Shown here: positions 39,889-49,759 of the stretch, one piece after another
Position numbering within the stretch: the stretch's first letter is position 1
Layout of the letters: every line of letters begins with the position of its first letter
From: Methylotenera oryzisoli
Lineage (GTDB): Bacteria; Pseudomonadota; Gammaproteobacteria; Burkholderiales; Methylophilaceae
Assembly: GCA_945907735.1 (NCBI GenBank)
Contig: CAMDTL010000001.1
Span: 183,481 to 247,480 of the forward strand
Direction: 5' to 3'
Length of the DNA stretch: 64,000 nucleotides
The notes under the pieces: model-generated
Seen by the model: only the letters and a program-made list of their open reading frames with translations
The model's database searches: none
What the model was told of the DNA's origin: nothing
Position numbers and translations under genes: made by a program

Positions 39889-40149
39889 ATGTTAAATGCC
39901 GAAAATATAAAAGACGCAGAGCAACGAAGGCTGACTTGGCGTTGCCGACGGGGCATGCTAGAGCTAGATATTGTGTTGCAGCGTTTTATTGCGCAGCATT
40001 TTAATCACCTCACTTTGCTAGAGTTGCAGGTGTTTGATGAAATGTTGGAGCTGCCAGATAACGATCTTTGGGATGTGTTGCAGATGAACAATCTACATTT
40101 GAAATCTCAAGCACAGCAATCTATTATGGATAAATTACACGGTCTGTAA
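39889..40149 (+). CDS. sdhE: FAD assembly factor SdhE
   Basis: WRCRRGMLELD. Confidence 0.92.
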   Translation: MLNAENIKDAEQRRLTWRCRRGMLELDIVLQRFIAQHFNHLTLLELQVFDEMLELPDNDLWDVLQMNNLHLKSQAQQSIMDKLHGL

Positions 40150-40173
40150 GCCGCGTAGATATTTCCTTACCTA

Positions 40174-40344
40174 TTAGTCGTGATTGATGTGATTTTAAAA
40201 CCAGAGGCCAAATCAACACCCGATGATTTATTGGCTTTTGGTAAACAACATTTAGCTGCTTACAAAAGCCCAAAAATTGTATAGTTAGCGGATGATTTTC
40301 CAAGCACCAAAAATGGTAAAATTTTGCGTAAAGACATGAGCTAG
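40174..40344 (+). pseudogene. C-terminal remnant of an AMP-dependent (acyl-CoA) ligase
   Basis: VILKPEAKSTPDDLLAFGKQHLAAYKSPKIV*LADDFPSTKNGKILRKDMS*; A10 motif; in-frame TAG at 40282. Confidence 0.75.
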
Positions 40345-40370
40345 AAAATCGCGACTGCAAAATCATCAAG

Positions 40371-41924
40371 ATGACAATCATTAAACAATCCGACTTCATT
40401 CAAAGTATCGCAGATGCTTTGCAGTACATTTCGTACTATCACCCTGCAGATTACATTCAGGCGTTGGGTGCGGCGTATAAGTTAGAGCAATCAGCCGCTG
40501 CCAAAGATGCTATCGCGCAGATTCTCACCAATTCGCGTATGTGTGCCGAAGGCAAGCGTCCGATTTGCCAAGATACGGGTATTGTGGTCGCATTTGTTAA
40601 AGTGGGTATGCATGCGCGGTTTGAAGGCCAAGAAGGAAGTGAAGGGCTGAGCTTGGAGGAAATGGTGAATGAGGGCGTGCGCCGCGCTTATTTACTGCCA
40701 GAGAATACGCTGAGAGCCTCAATTGTGAATGACCCAGCTGGCTTGCGCAAAAATACCAAAGATAACACGCCAGCCGTGACGCATGTGGAGTTAGTGCAAG
40801 GTGAAAAGGTGGAGGTGAGTATTGCGGCAAAAGGTGGCGGTAGCGAGAATAAAGCCAAATTCGTGATGCTTAACCCGAATGACAGCATAGTCGATTGGGT
40901 GCTGGAGACGGTACCGACCATGGGCGCAGGCTGGTGTCCGCCTGGCATGTTGGGGATTGGTATTGGTGGTGATGCTGAAAAAGCCATGATTTTAGCCAAA
41001 GCATCATTGATGCAACCGATTAACATGCATGAACTTAAAGCAAAAGGCCAGCGTAATGAAAGTCTTAATAGACTGGAAGGATTGCGCCTAGAAATTTACG
41101 AGAAAGTGAATAATTTAGGCATAGGCGCGCAAGGTTTGGGTGGCTTGACCACAGTTTTAGATGTCAAGATTCTCGATTATCCAACCCATGCTGCCAGCCT
41201 ACCCGTCGCGATTATCCCCAATTGTGCGGCGACGCGGCATGTGCATTTTGTGTTGGATGGTAGCGGTGCGGCTGAATTTACACCGCCCGATTTTGGCATA
41301 TACCCAGATGTACATTGGGCACCTAGCGCACAAGCTAGGCAAGTGAATTTAGAAACCGTGACCAAGGCTGAAACCGCCACTTGGCAGGCGGGTGAGACCT
41401 TATTGCTCACGGGAAAGCTCTACACCGGGCGCGATGCTGCGCATAAACGCATTGCGGCTATGCAAGCAAAAGGTGAAAAATTGCCCGTGGATTTTACCAA
41501 TAGATTTATTTATTACGTTGGCCCCGTAGATGCAGTGCGCGATGAAGTGGTTGGCCCAGCAGGGCCTACCACTGCAACCCGTATGGATTCTTACTCCCAA
41601 GGCATGTTAGATACAGGTTTATTAGGCTCAATTGGCAAGGCAGAACGCGGCGATGCAGCGCTTGCCGTGATGGCGAAAAATCAAGCAGTGTATCTCATGG
41701 CGGTGGGTGGCGCGGCGTATTTGGTGAGCAAAGCCATTAAAAAATCTCGTGTGGTTGCCTTTGCTGATTTAGGCATGGAAGCGATATGCGAATTTGACGT
41801 GGTGGATATGCCAGTGACAGTCGCGGTGAGCGCGACGGGCGATGCGGTGCATAAAACTGGCCCTGCGCTTTGGAAAGACAAGATTGCACAGCACGAAGTG
41901 ATTGATATACAACGTGTGGATTAA
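40371..41924 (+). CDS. Class I (Fe-S) fumarate hydratase
   Basis: RPICQDTG, KGGGSEN, GWCPP, GRDAAHKR, GPTTATRM. Confidence 0.93.
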   Translation: MTIIKQSDFIQSIADALQYISYYHPADYIQALGAAYKLEQSAAAKDAIAQILTNSRMCAEGKRPICQDTGIVVAFVKVGMHARFEGQEGSEGLSLEEMVNEGVRRAYLLPENTLRASIVNDPAGLRKNTKDNTPAVTHVELVQGEKVEVSIAAKGGGSENKAKFVMLNPNDSIVDWVLETVPTMGAGWCPPGMLGIGIGGDAEKAMILAKASLMQPINMHELKAKGQRNESLNRLEGLRLEIYEKVNNLGIGAQGLGGLTTVLDVKILDYPTHAASLPVAIIPNCAATRHVHFVLDGSGAAEFTPPDFGIYPDVHWAPSAQARQVNLETVTKAETATWQAGETLLLTGKLYTGRDAAHKRIAAMQAKGEKLPVDFTNRFIYYVGPVDAVRDEVVGPAGPTTATRMDSYSQGMLDTGLLGSIGKAERGDAALAVMAKNQAVYLMAVGGAAYLVSKAIKKSRVVAFADLGMEAICEFDVVDMPVTVAVSATGDAVHKTGPALWKDKIAQHEVIDIQRVD

Positions 41925-41962
41925 ATAGCACCTTTTACTTCATTTTCAGTCATAATTGTTGA

Positions 41963-42274
41963 ATGAAAAGTTTAAAAATATTTGCCTTAATTTTCTTTGC
42001 GTTTAGCAGTCCATCTGCAAGCGCAGAAAGCTTGTTGGGTTATCTTACCGATAGCGCTGGCAAGTATATTGGGCCTAGTGTTAAAGACAATATCGTGATT
42101 ATGGACACCGACAAAAATGGCTTTGCCGATGTAACCGAAGTGCGTGCGTTTTTGGCGCAAAAACATGGCAAAGATTATCAAAAATCCGTGCTGGATAGAT
42201 GGGAGGTGCAATCGCTAGGCGGAGGTTGTCCCATCCCGCTTGCCAAAGAGTTTTATTCCGAAAGCAGTCAATAG
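41963..42274 (+). CDS. Small secreted protein with a single EF-hand-like loop
   Basis: Signal peptide ending ASA; DTDKNGFADVTE loop. Confidence 0.6.
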   Translation: MKSLKIFALIFFAFSSPSASAESLLGYLTDSAGKYIGPSVKDNIVIMDTDKNGFADVTEVRAFLAQKHGKDYQKSVLDRWEVQSLGGGCPIPLAKEFYSESSQ

Positions 42275-42293
42275 TTAATTTTAAAGAGAGAAG

Positions 42294-44885
42294 ATGTTAA
42301 AAGCTTATCAAACCCACGTGCAAGAGCGTGCAACCCAACAATTACCCCCATTACCATTGAATGCTGAACAAGTGGCATCGCTGGTCGAATTATTAAAAAA
42401 CCCAGCAAAAGCTGAAGAGGGTTTGCTTTTGGATTTGCTCGAAAATCGTACCCCAGCGGGTGTAGATCAAGCCGCTTATGTAAAAGCAGCATTTTTGGCC
42501 GATGTGGCTAACGGCAACGCAAAATCGCCTGCAATTTCACCCGAAAAAGCCGTGCAATCACTCGGTACTATGTTGGGTGGTTACAACGTGCAAGCTTTGG
42601 TAAAACTGCTTGAGACACCAATGGCGGCGCACGCAGTCGCGGCATTGAGCGCCACTATTCTCATGTTCGATGCCTTTCACGATGTGGATGTGTTGATGAA
42701 AGCGGGCAACGCGCACGCGAAAAAACTCATGGAAAGTTGGGCGAATGCCGAGTGGTTTACTGCTAAACTAGCCTTGCCTGATGCAATCAAAATGCTGGTG
42801 TTTAAGGTCAATGGCGAAACCAATACCGATGACCTAAGCCCCGCGCAAGAGGCCTGGAGCCGCCCAGATATTCCCTTGCACGCCAAGGCGATGTTAGTAA
42901 ACAAAATGCCTGATGGGCTAAGTTTAATCGAAACACTCAAAGCCAAAGGCTTGCCGCTGGCGTATGTTGGCGATATTGTCGGCACTGGCTCATCGCGTAA
43001 ATCAGCCATTAACTCGGTGCAATGGTTGATGGGCAATGATATTGCAAATATCCCCAACAAGCGCACGGGCGGTGTGATTTTGGGTGGCAAAATCGCACCT
43101 ATTTTCTTTAATACGGCGGAAGATTCTGGTGCCTTGCCGATTCAGTGCGATGTGTCCAAAATGCACACGGGCGACGTGATTACCATCCAACCGACTGCAG
43201 GAAAAGTACTGAATGAGGCGGGCGAAACGCTTGCAACTTTCACTTTAAACCCTGTCACCATGCCCGATGAAGTGCGCGCGGGTGGCCGTATTCCACTGAT
43301 TATTGGCCGTGGCTTAACCGCCAATGCGCGCAAAGCATTAAATTTACCCGAAACCGATATTTTCATTAAAGCTACGCCAGAAATTGTGTCCACTAAAGGC
43401 TTTACGCTGGCGCAGAAAATGGTCGGCCGCGCCTGTGGCTTGCCAGAAGGCGTTGGCGTTCGCCCTGGCACATATTGCGAGCCAAAAGCGACGACAGTGG
43501 GAAGCCAAGACACCACGGGCGGCATGACGCGCGATGAGCTGAAAGAGCTGGCTTGCTTGGGTTTTAGCTCGGATTTAGTTATGCAAAGTTTTTGTCATAC
43601 AGCTGCTTACCCAAAACCTGTAGATATTAAGTTGCAGCACGAATTACCAGAGTTTATGAGTAGCCGTGGTGGCGTGACTTTGCGCCCAGGAGACGGCATT
43701 ATTCATTCGTGGTTGAACCGATTAATATTACCCGATACCGTAGGCACGGGCGGCGATTCACACACACGCTTCCCGATAGGTATTTCGTTCCCAGCGGGCT
43801 CTGGTTTGGTAGCGTTTGCTGCTGCCACGGGTGCGATGCCGCTGGATATGCCAGAATCAGTATTGGTGCGCTTTAAAGGTAAAATGCAAGCTGGCGTTAC
43901 GCTACGCGATTTGGTGAATGCGATTCCCTACGCGGCGATACAAGCAGGCAGTTTAACCGTTGGTAAAACGGGCAAAAGGAACGTATTTAACGGCCGTATT
44001 TTAGAGATAGAAGGTTTGCCTGATTTAAAAGTAGAGCAGGCGTTTGAATTTGCCGATGCCTCTGCTGAGCGCTCTGCCAATGGCTGTACGGTGTTACTGG
44101 ATAACGCGCCAGTGATTGAATTTTTAAACTCCAATATCGTGCTGATGCAAAGCATGATAGAAAATGGTTACGCGGATGCGCGCACCCTGCAACGCCGAAT
44201 TTCCAATATGCAAGCGTGGTTGGCGAAACCTGAGTTGCTGCAACCCGATGCAGATGCAGAATACGCACATACTATTGAAATTAATTTGAATGAAATCACG
44301 GAACCGCTGGTGGCTTGTCCGAACGACCCCGATGACATTAAGCCGCTGTCGGCGGTGGTGGGTGACAAAATTGACGAAGTATTTATCGGCAGCTGCATGA
44401 CCAATATCGGCCATTATCGCGCTGCGGCGAAAGTGTTAGAAGGCGCGGGCAATATTCCAACCCGTTTATGGATTGCGCCGCCGACGCGCATGGATGAAGC
44501 GCAGTTGCGCGATGAAGGCGTGTACTCGGTATTTGGCATTGCTGGCGCACGTACCGAAGTGCCAGGTTGCAGTTTGTGCATGGGCAACCAAGCGCGCGTG
44601 GCGGATAAAGCGACAGTATTCTCAACTTCGACACGTAACTTTGATAATCGTATGGGCCGAGATGCCCGTGTGTATTTGGGTTCAGCCGAGTTGGCGGCGG
44701 TGTGCGCCAAACTTGGCCGTATGCCTAGCCATAGCGAATATATGGAAACAGTGGGCAATAAACTGGCCAATACTGCCGAAATTTATAAATATTTAAATTT
44801 TGACCAAATGGCAGAGTATAAAACGGCCTTAGATACGTTGAGTGCTGGCAAAAAAGTCATTCCGATTGCTGAAGTTGCCATTTAA
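42294..44885 (+). CDS. acnB: Aconitate hydratase B / 2-methylisocitrate dehydratase
   Basis: [50 protein letters not shown]. Confidence 0.97.
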   Translation: MLKAYQTHVQERATQQLPPLPLNAEQVASLVELLKNPAKAEEGLLLDLLENRTPAGVDQAAYVKAAFLADVANGNAKSPAISPEKAVQSLGTMLGGYNVQALVKLLETPMAAHAVAALSATILMFDAFHDVDVLMKAGNAHAKKLMESWANAEWFTAKLALPDAIKMLVFKVNGETNTDDLSPAQEAWSRPDIPLHAKAMLVNKMPDGLSLIETLKAKGLPLAYVGDIVGTGSSRKSAINSVQWLMGNDIANIPNKRTGGVILGGKIAPIFFNTAEDSGALPIQCDVSKMHTGDVITIQPTAGKVLNEAGETLATFTLNPVTMPDEVRAGGRIPLIIGRGLTANARKALNLPETDIFIKATPEIVSTKGFTLAQKMVGRACGLPEGVGVRPGTYCEPKATTVGSQDTTGGMTRDELKELACLGFSSDLVMQSFCHTAAYPKPVDIKLQHELPEFMSSRGGVTLRPGDGIIHSWLNRLILPDTVGTGGDSHTRFPIGISFPAGSGLVAFAAATGAMPLDMPESVLVRFKGKMQAGVTLRDLVNAIPYAAIQAGSLTVGKTGKRNVFNGRILEIEGLPDLKVEQAFEFADASAERSANGCTVLLDNAPVIEFLNSNIVLMQSMIENGYADARTLQRRISNMQAWLAKPELLQPDADAEYAHTIEINLNEITEPLVACPNDPDDIKPLSAVVGDKIDEVFIGSCMTNIGHYRAAAKVLEGAGNIPTRLWIAPPTRMDEAQLRDEGVYSVFGIAGARTEVPGCSLCMGNQARVADKATVFSTSTRNFDNRMGRDARVYLGSAELAAVCAKLGRMPSHSEYMETVGNKLANTAEIYKYLNFDQMAEYKTALDTLSAGKKVIPIAEVAI

Positions 44886-44983
44886 ACCGCATTAAATTTG
44901 TTCGTCAGGACTAAACAAGCCTCAAAAATGGCTGGGCTTTACAATCGCACGCAAGTTTTACGGTGAATAATTTCAGTGTTAAA

Positions 44984-45002
44984 GAGGGGCTAGCCGCCCC
45001 TC
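44984..45002. terminator. Hairpin between the convergent acnB and YqhA-like genes
   Basis: gaggggc-tagcc-gcccctc. Confidence 0.5.
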
Positions 45003-45030
45003 ATCAAATCATGCGGTTGTTAAGCCCAGA

Positions 45031-45564
45031 TTAATGTTTTGCGTCGTTATGCGACATGAGCTTATCAATGTAGGCGATAGCAACGGCGGAGAACACAAAC
45101 GTCATATGTATCACTGTTTGCCACAACAGCACTTTATCGGTTAAGTTTTCGGCATTGATAAACGTTTTAAGCAGATGAATCGATGAAATACCGATAATCG
45201 CAGTGGCCAGTTTTACCTTGAGCAGATTGGCATTTACATGCGATAGCCAATCTGGTTCATCAGGGTGCCCGCTTAAATTGAGGCGCGAAACAAAGGTTTC
45301 ATAACCCCCCACAATCACCATAATCAACAGATTAGAAATCATCACTACGTCAATTAAACCCAGCACAATCAACATGATGTCGGCTTCTTTTAGGGAGGGT
45401 ACTTTTTCTACTAAGTGGGTTAGCTCTACCCCAAAGTGAAACACATACACCGCTTGTGCGACAATTAAACCCAAATACAGGGGTAATTGTAGCCAGCGGC
45501 TGCCAAATAAAATATTGGTCATGACACTATTTTGGTGATACTCGTTTTTGCTAGGTTTTTGCAT
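45031..45564 (-). CDS. YqhA / UPF0114 family membrane protein
   Basis: SRWLQLPLYLGL; MVIVGGYETFVSRL; LKVKLA..IIGISSIHLL. Confidence 0.88.
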   Translation of the reverse strand: MQKPSKNEYHQNSVMTNILFGSRWLQLPLYLGLIVAQAVYVFHFGVELTHLVEKVPSLKEADIMLIVLGLIDVVMISNLLIMVIVGGYETFVSRLNLSGHPDEPDWLSHVNANLLKVKLATAIIGISSIHLLKTFINAENLTDKVLLWQTVIHMTFVFSAVAIAYIDKLMSHNDAKH

Positions 45565-45595
45565 GGTGCTCTCTTAATATTTTGAGTGCGCCATA

Positions 45596-46441
45596 TTAAC
45601 TGATATTGTGTGACAGCGTAAAGTTAGCGTTGTTATCTATTGCCAGCGTGTCGCACAAAACAGGCATTGTTTCAGCTAATATTTTTGGCAAAGTCCATGG
45701 CGGGTTCACAATAAACATGCCGCTACCAAACATGCCAAAGCCATCCGCATTCGGTGCTTGAATGCTTAGGCTTACCTCTAGCCAGTTATTGGGCCGCAGT
45801 TTTTTAAGCGCCTCTAGCATGGCTAGCGGCTCAGGGCGCGGCAACAGTGGATACCAAATTAAATAGCTCCCCGTGGCAAAGCGGCTGAGGCTATCTTTGA
45901 TACAATCCACCACACGCTGGTAGTCGTCTTTCAGCTCGTAAGGCGGGTCTATTAGCACTAAGCCCCGCTTCGTTGGCGGCGGCAGGCAGGCCTTAATACC
46001 AACAAATCCATCTTGCATTTCAATTTTGGTTTGGCGGCCACGACCCGAAAAATTTTCAATCAATAATTTGCAATCGTTGGGGTGCAGCTCAAACAAACGC
46101 AATTTGTCGTCACCTCGTAACAATGCTTCTGCAATTTTAGGCGAGCCAGGATAAAAAGCTAGACTATTGTTTTTATTAAATTTATTAATGATGTTTACAA
46201 ATTTTTCTAGCGATGCTGGTACATTCTTCGCCGCACATAGTCTTGCGATACCTGTTTCAAACTCCGCATTTTTCTGCGCAAATTCACTTTTAAGCGCATA
46301 CAAGCCTGCGCCCGCGTGCGTATCAATCACCCAATAAGCTTTATCCTTTTGATTAAAATATTCCAGCACAATGCTAAAGATAGTGTGTTTCAACACATCG
46401 GCATGGTTGCCTGCGTGGAAAGCGTGGCGGTAACTTAACAT
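45596..46441 (-). CDS. rlmJ: 23S rRNA m6A2030 methyltransferase
   Basis: MLSYRHAFHAGNHADVLKH; DTHAGAG; IDPPYE. Confidence 0.95.
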   Translation of the reverse strand: MLSYRHAFHAGNHADVLKHTIFSIVLEYFNQKDKAYWVIDTHAGAGLYALKSEFAQKNAEFETGIARLCAAKNVPASLEKFVNIINKFNKNNSLAFYPGSPKIAEALLRGDDKLRLFELHPNDCKLLIENFSGRGRQTKIEMQDGFVGIKACLPPPTKRGLVLIDPPYELKDDYQRVVDCIKDSLSRFATGSYLIWYPLLPRPEPLAMLEALKKLRPNNWLEVSLSIQAPNADGFGMFGSGMFIVNPPWTLPKILAETMPVLCDTLAIDNNANFTLSHNIS

Positions 46442-46527
46442 AGCGCCTATTATAGCGGTTAGTCGCTGTGCTTATAAGGCATAGTGGCTTCCGTTTTAAA
46501 CGTTTCAATCACAAAAAGGATGAGCGC

Positions 46528-46775
46528 ATGTTGAAAAACTGGTCGTGTTAGCCGCCGCATGTTTGCTCATGCAGACACCTTTTGCCAGCGCCGAAGATAA
46601 AATGAAGCTGGATGCTGATGGCCGAGTGAGCTATGAAGAATATCGCGCATCGAAAGAAAAAGTCCACGAGCGCCAATTTAAAAAGATGGACACCGATGGC
46701 GATGGCTATATTGATGCCGCCGAAAAGCAAGCGCAGAAAGACAAAATGCGTACCATGCGCGAAAAACGTGAGTAA
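46528..46775 (+). CDS. Secreted EF-hand protein, apparently frameshifted in an A5 run just after the start
   Basis: AAGGA RBS; atgttgaaaaactggtcgtgtta gives MLKKLVVLAAACLL if one A is added; loops DADGRVSYEE and DTDGDGYIDAAE. Confidence 0.65.
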
Positions 46776-46800
46776 AAAGCGCAATAACTTGTTCGGTTTT

Positions 46801-46827
46801 AAAAAGCACTCGCAAGAGTGCTTTTTT
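46801..46827. terminator. Bidirectional intrinsic terminator
   Basis: aaaaagcactc-gcaa-gagtgctttttt. Confidence 0.8.
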
Positions 46828-46858
46828 ATTGTCTTTATGCGTGCTAATCGCTAGCATC

Positions 46859-47497
46859 ATGGCTATGAGCAATACACACCAACATCAGCACGAATCACAT
46901 CAGGTCAGCCCGTTCGCGATGCCATTTTTTCTGATACTTATTTTCTCCATCATCGAGCTGGTTGGAGGCATTTGGACGCATTCTCTCGCGCTGCTAAGTG
47001 ACGCTTGGCACATGTTTTCTGACGTGTTTGCGCTGGGTCTGGCTTGGTTTGCAGTGCATCATTCTGCTAAGAGTAAAAAGCACGCCAGCGGGCAAAGTCA
47101 CATTGAAATCATGGCTTCCGTGATTAACGCAATGTTGATGATTATTGTAGTGGTTTATATTATTGTCGAAGCGATTGAGCGCCTTAAAAATCCGCACGAG
47201 GTGACGGGCGGCTACGTCATGCTAATTGCGTTTGCGGGCTTAATCGTGAATATTATCGTGGCAAAATTGCTGCATAGCAACGACGAAAGCCCTAAAAACG
47301 ACCATAACCGCCGTGCCGCATTTTTGCATGTACTGAGCGATTTGCTCGGCTCGGTCGCCGCGCTACTGGCGGGTGCGGTGATTTACTTCACAGGCTGGTT
47401 GCCAGCTGATTCGCTACTTTCCATCCTTATTTCACTGCTTATTCTGGTGGTTACGTTAAAGCTAATAAAAGATATTTGGAGTAGTTTGCATGGTTAA
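46859..47497 (+). CDS. Cation diffusion facilitator (ZitB/CzcD-like) lacking the cytoplasmic C-terminal domain
   Basis: His-rich N-terminus; SLALLSDAWHMFSD; RAAFLHVLSDLLGS; ends soon after TM6. Confidence 0.85.
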   Translation: MAMSNTHQHQHESHQVSPFAMPFFLILIFSIIELVGGIWTHSLALLSDAWHMFSDVFALGLAWFAVHHSAKSKKHASGQSHIEIMASVINAMLMIIVVVYIIVEAIERLKNPHEVTGGYVMLIAFAGLIVNIIVAKLLHSNDESPKNDHNRRAAFLHVLSDLLGSVAALLAGAVIYFTGWLPADSLLSILISLLILVVTLKLIKDIWSSLHG

Positions 47498-47572
47498 ATT
47501 AAGCATGCCTGCAACCCGCAGACCAAACGTTTGAAAACGTGTTTTCGGAGATTAAGCAGCAACTAATCTAAT

Positions 47573-47637
47573 GCTGTCATGCTAAACTTGATTTAGCATC
47601 TTGCAGCGAGATTGCGGATAAAATCCGCAATGACAGC
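47573..47637. repeat. CGTC-type palindromic repeat (double hairpin)
   Basis: gctgtcatgctaaacttgatttagcatc...gattgcggataaaatccgcaatgacagc. Confidence 0.7.
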
Positions 47638-47660
47638 GCAATTTTTAAAAGGAGAAAATC

Positions 47661-47840
47661 ATGCCATATGTCAATGTAAAACTCGCTGGCAGTATCAGCA
47701 AAGAACAGAAAAAAGAGATCGCCAAGGAAATTACAGAAACCCTGCAAAAGCACGCGCACAAACCGCCCAGCTACACTTACATTGTGTTTGAAGAGGTGAA
47801 AATGGAAGATTGGGCGATAGGCGGAAGTTTGCTGGGGTGA
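47661..47840 (+). CDS. 4-oxalocrotonate tautomerase family protein (59 aa, not in the ORF track)
   Basis: AGGAG RBS; MPYVNVKLAGSISKEQKKEIAKEITETL...IVFEEVKMEDWAIGGSLLG with catalytic Pro1. Confidence 0.9.
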   Translation: MPYVNVKLAGSISKEQKKEIAKEITETLQKHAHKPPSYTYIVFEEVKMEDWAIGGSLLG

Positions 47841-47857
47841 TGTGCAATTCCTCTCAT

Positions 47858-47926
47858 CCGTCATTCTGAACGCAGCGAAGAATCCATGCTTTAAGTCTGG
47901 ACCTTCGCTACGCGTCAGAATGACGG
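47858..47926. repeat. CGTC-type palindromic repeat
   Basis: ccgtcattctgaacgcagcgaagaatcc...ggaccttcgctacgcgtcagaatgacgg. Confidence 0.75.
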
Positions 47927-47947
47927 TGGTGGTGTTAAAATGTTGCC

Positions 47948-49747
47948 ATGTTCGACCCCAAGCCCATCTTAAAAAACCTCCCCAATCTGCCGGGCGTGTA
48001 TCGCATGATCAATGCAGAAGAGGCGGTGATTTATGTGGGTAAAGCCAAAGATTTAAAAAAGCGCGTTGCATCGTATTTCAACAAAAACTTAGCTAGTCCG
48101 CGCACACGCATAATGGTGAGTAATATCGCCAAAATCGAGACTACCGTTACCCACAACGAGGCCGAGGCTTTGTTGCTGGAAAACAACCTGATTAAAGGCT
48201 TGCTGCCGCGTTACAACGTGCTGTTTCGCGATGATAAATCATATCCCTACATTACGTTGACCAACGATGAGTTTCCGCGCTTGGCGTTTCACCGTGGTGT
48301 GCAAAAGAAGCAGCATCAGTATTTTGGGCCTTTCCCCAATACAACAGCAGTGCGCGAGAGTATTCAGCTATTGCAAAAAGTATTCAAGCTGCGTACTTGT
48401 GAAAACACCGTATTTGCTAACCGCTCACGGCCTTGTTTGCAGTATCAAATTCAACGCTGCACCGCACCGTGTGTGGATTTTATCAATACTGAAGATTATG
48501 CGCACGATGTGCATCATGCGGCGATGTTTTTGCAGGGCAAAACCAACGAGGTGCTGGATGCCTTGGGCGACAAAATGAACACAGCGGCGGCGAATCAGGA
48601 ATATGAAATGGCGGCGGTGTTTCGCGATCGGATACAGGCATTGCGCCAAGTGCAGGCTAAACAGTTTGTCAGTGATTTTAGTGTGAACGATGCCGATGTA
48701 ATTGCCGTGGCGACCAATAACAACGGGCATTGCATCAATTTGGTGATGATACGTGGTGGGCGGCATTTGGGCGATAAAAGCTACTTCCCAAAAAACAGCC
48801 AAGATGCCGAGTTGGTGGAAACCATAGAGGCATTTATTTCGCAGCATTACGTGAACCAAAATACGCCGCCGTTAATTGTGTGCGGTGTGGAGTTTGATGC
48901 CAAAGATTTTGAGCAAGCGCTGAGCGAACAAGCGAATAGAAAAGTGCGTATTCAAACCAATACTATCGGCGATAAAAAAGTTTGGCTAAAAATGGCGCAA
49001 ACCAATGCCGAGCTGGCATTAACGCAGCAACAGCAGACATCGAGCAATCAAGCTGCGCGGCTATTGGCGTTACGTGAGGCGCTGCATTTGCCCGAAAGTA
49101 TTGAGCGCTTTGAATGCTTTGACATTAGCCATACCATGGGTGAGGCGACGGTGGCGAGCTGCGTGGTGTTTGACAAAGGCGATTTGCAAAATGGTGAATA
49201 TAGACGCTATAACATCACGGGCATAACACCTGGCGATGATTATGCCGCGATGCGGGATGTGCTAACCCGGCGCTATAAAAAAGTGGCGGCGGGTGAGGGT
49301 AAAAGACCTGATTTGGTATTTATTGACGGCGGTAAGGGTCAATTGGGTGTGGCGATTGAGGTGATGCAAGAAGTGGGTTTGGAGGATATATTGCTCATCG
49401 GCATTGCCAAAGGCGAAGACCGAAAACCAGGCTTAGAAACCATGATTTTCGGCGATACGGGTGAAATGCGGAATTTGCCGACTGATAATATGGGCTTGCA
49501 CTTGCTACAACAAATACGCGATGAAGCACACCGCTTTGCCATCACAGGGCATCGTGCTAAGCGCGCAAAAGCACGCATTACCTCGAGTTTAGAAGATATT
49601 GCAGGAATCGGGGCAAAACGCCGTAAAGCGCTGCTAACGCGCTTTGGTGGATTAGATGGGGTGAAAAATGCTAGTATGGGTGAGCTTGCGCAAGTGGCAG
49701 GCGTGAGCAAAAGTTTGGCCGAAAAAATATACGAACAACTACATTAA
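47948..49747 (+). CDS. uvrC: Excinuclease ABC subunit C
   Basis: PGVYRM..IYVGKAK GIY-YIG; ECFDISH; IDGGKGQL; IRDEAHRFA; HhH. Confidence 0.97.
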   Translation: MFDPKPILKNLPNLPGVYRMINAEEAVIYVGKAKDLKKRVASYFNKNLASPRTRIMVSNIAKIETTVTHNEAEALLLENNLIKGLLPRYNVLFRDDKSYPYITLTNDEFPRLAFHRGVQKKQHQYFGPFPNTTAVRESIQLLQKVFKLRTCENTVFANRSRPCLQYQIQRCTAPCVDFINTEDYAHDVHHAAMFLQGKTNEVLDALGDKMNTAAANQEYEMAAVFRDRIQALRQVQAKQFVSDFSVNDADVIAVATNNNGHCINLVMIRGGRHLGDKSYFPKNSQDAELVETIEAFISQHYVNQNTPPLIVCGVEFDAKDFEQALSEQANRKVRIQTNTIGDKKVWLKMAQTNAELALTQQQQTSSNQAARLLALREALHLPESIERFECFDISHTMGEATVASCVVFDKGDLQNGEYRRYNITGITPGDDYAAMRDVLTRRYKKVAAGEGKRPDLVFIDGGKGQLGVAIEVMQEVGLEDILLIGIAKGEDRKPGLETMIFGDTGEMRNLPTDNMGLHLLQQIRDEAHRFAITGHRAKRAKARITSSLEDIAGIGAKRRKALLTRFGGLDGVKNASMGELAQVAGVSKSLAEKIYEQLH

Positions 49748-49759
49748 AAAAATAAACGC

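Noticed and set aside
47577-48042. ORFs 47577-47864 (-) and 47842-48042 (+)
   Set aside because: Explained by the + strand tautomerase, the palindromic repeats and the start of uvrC.
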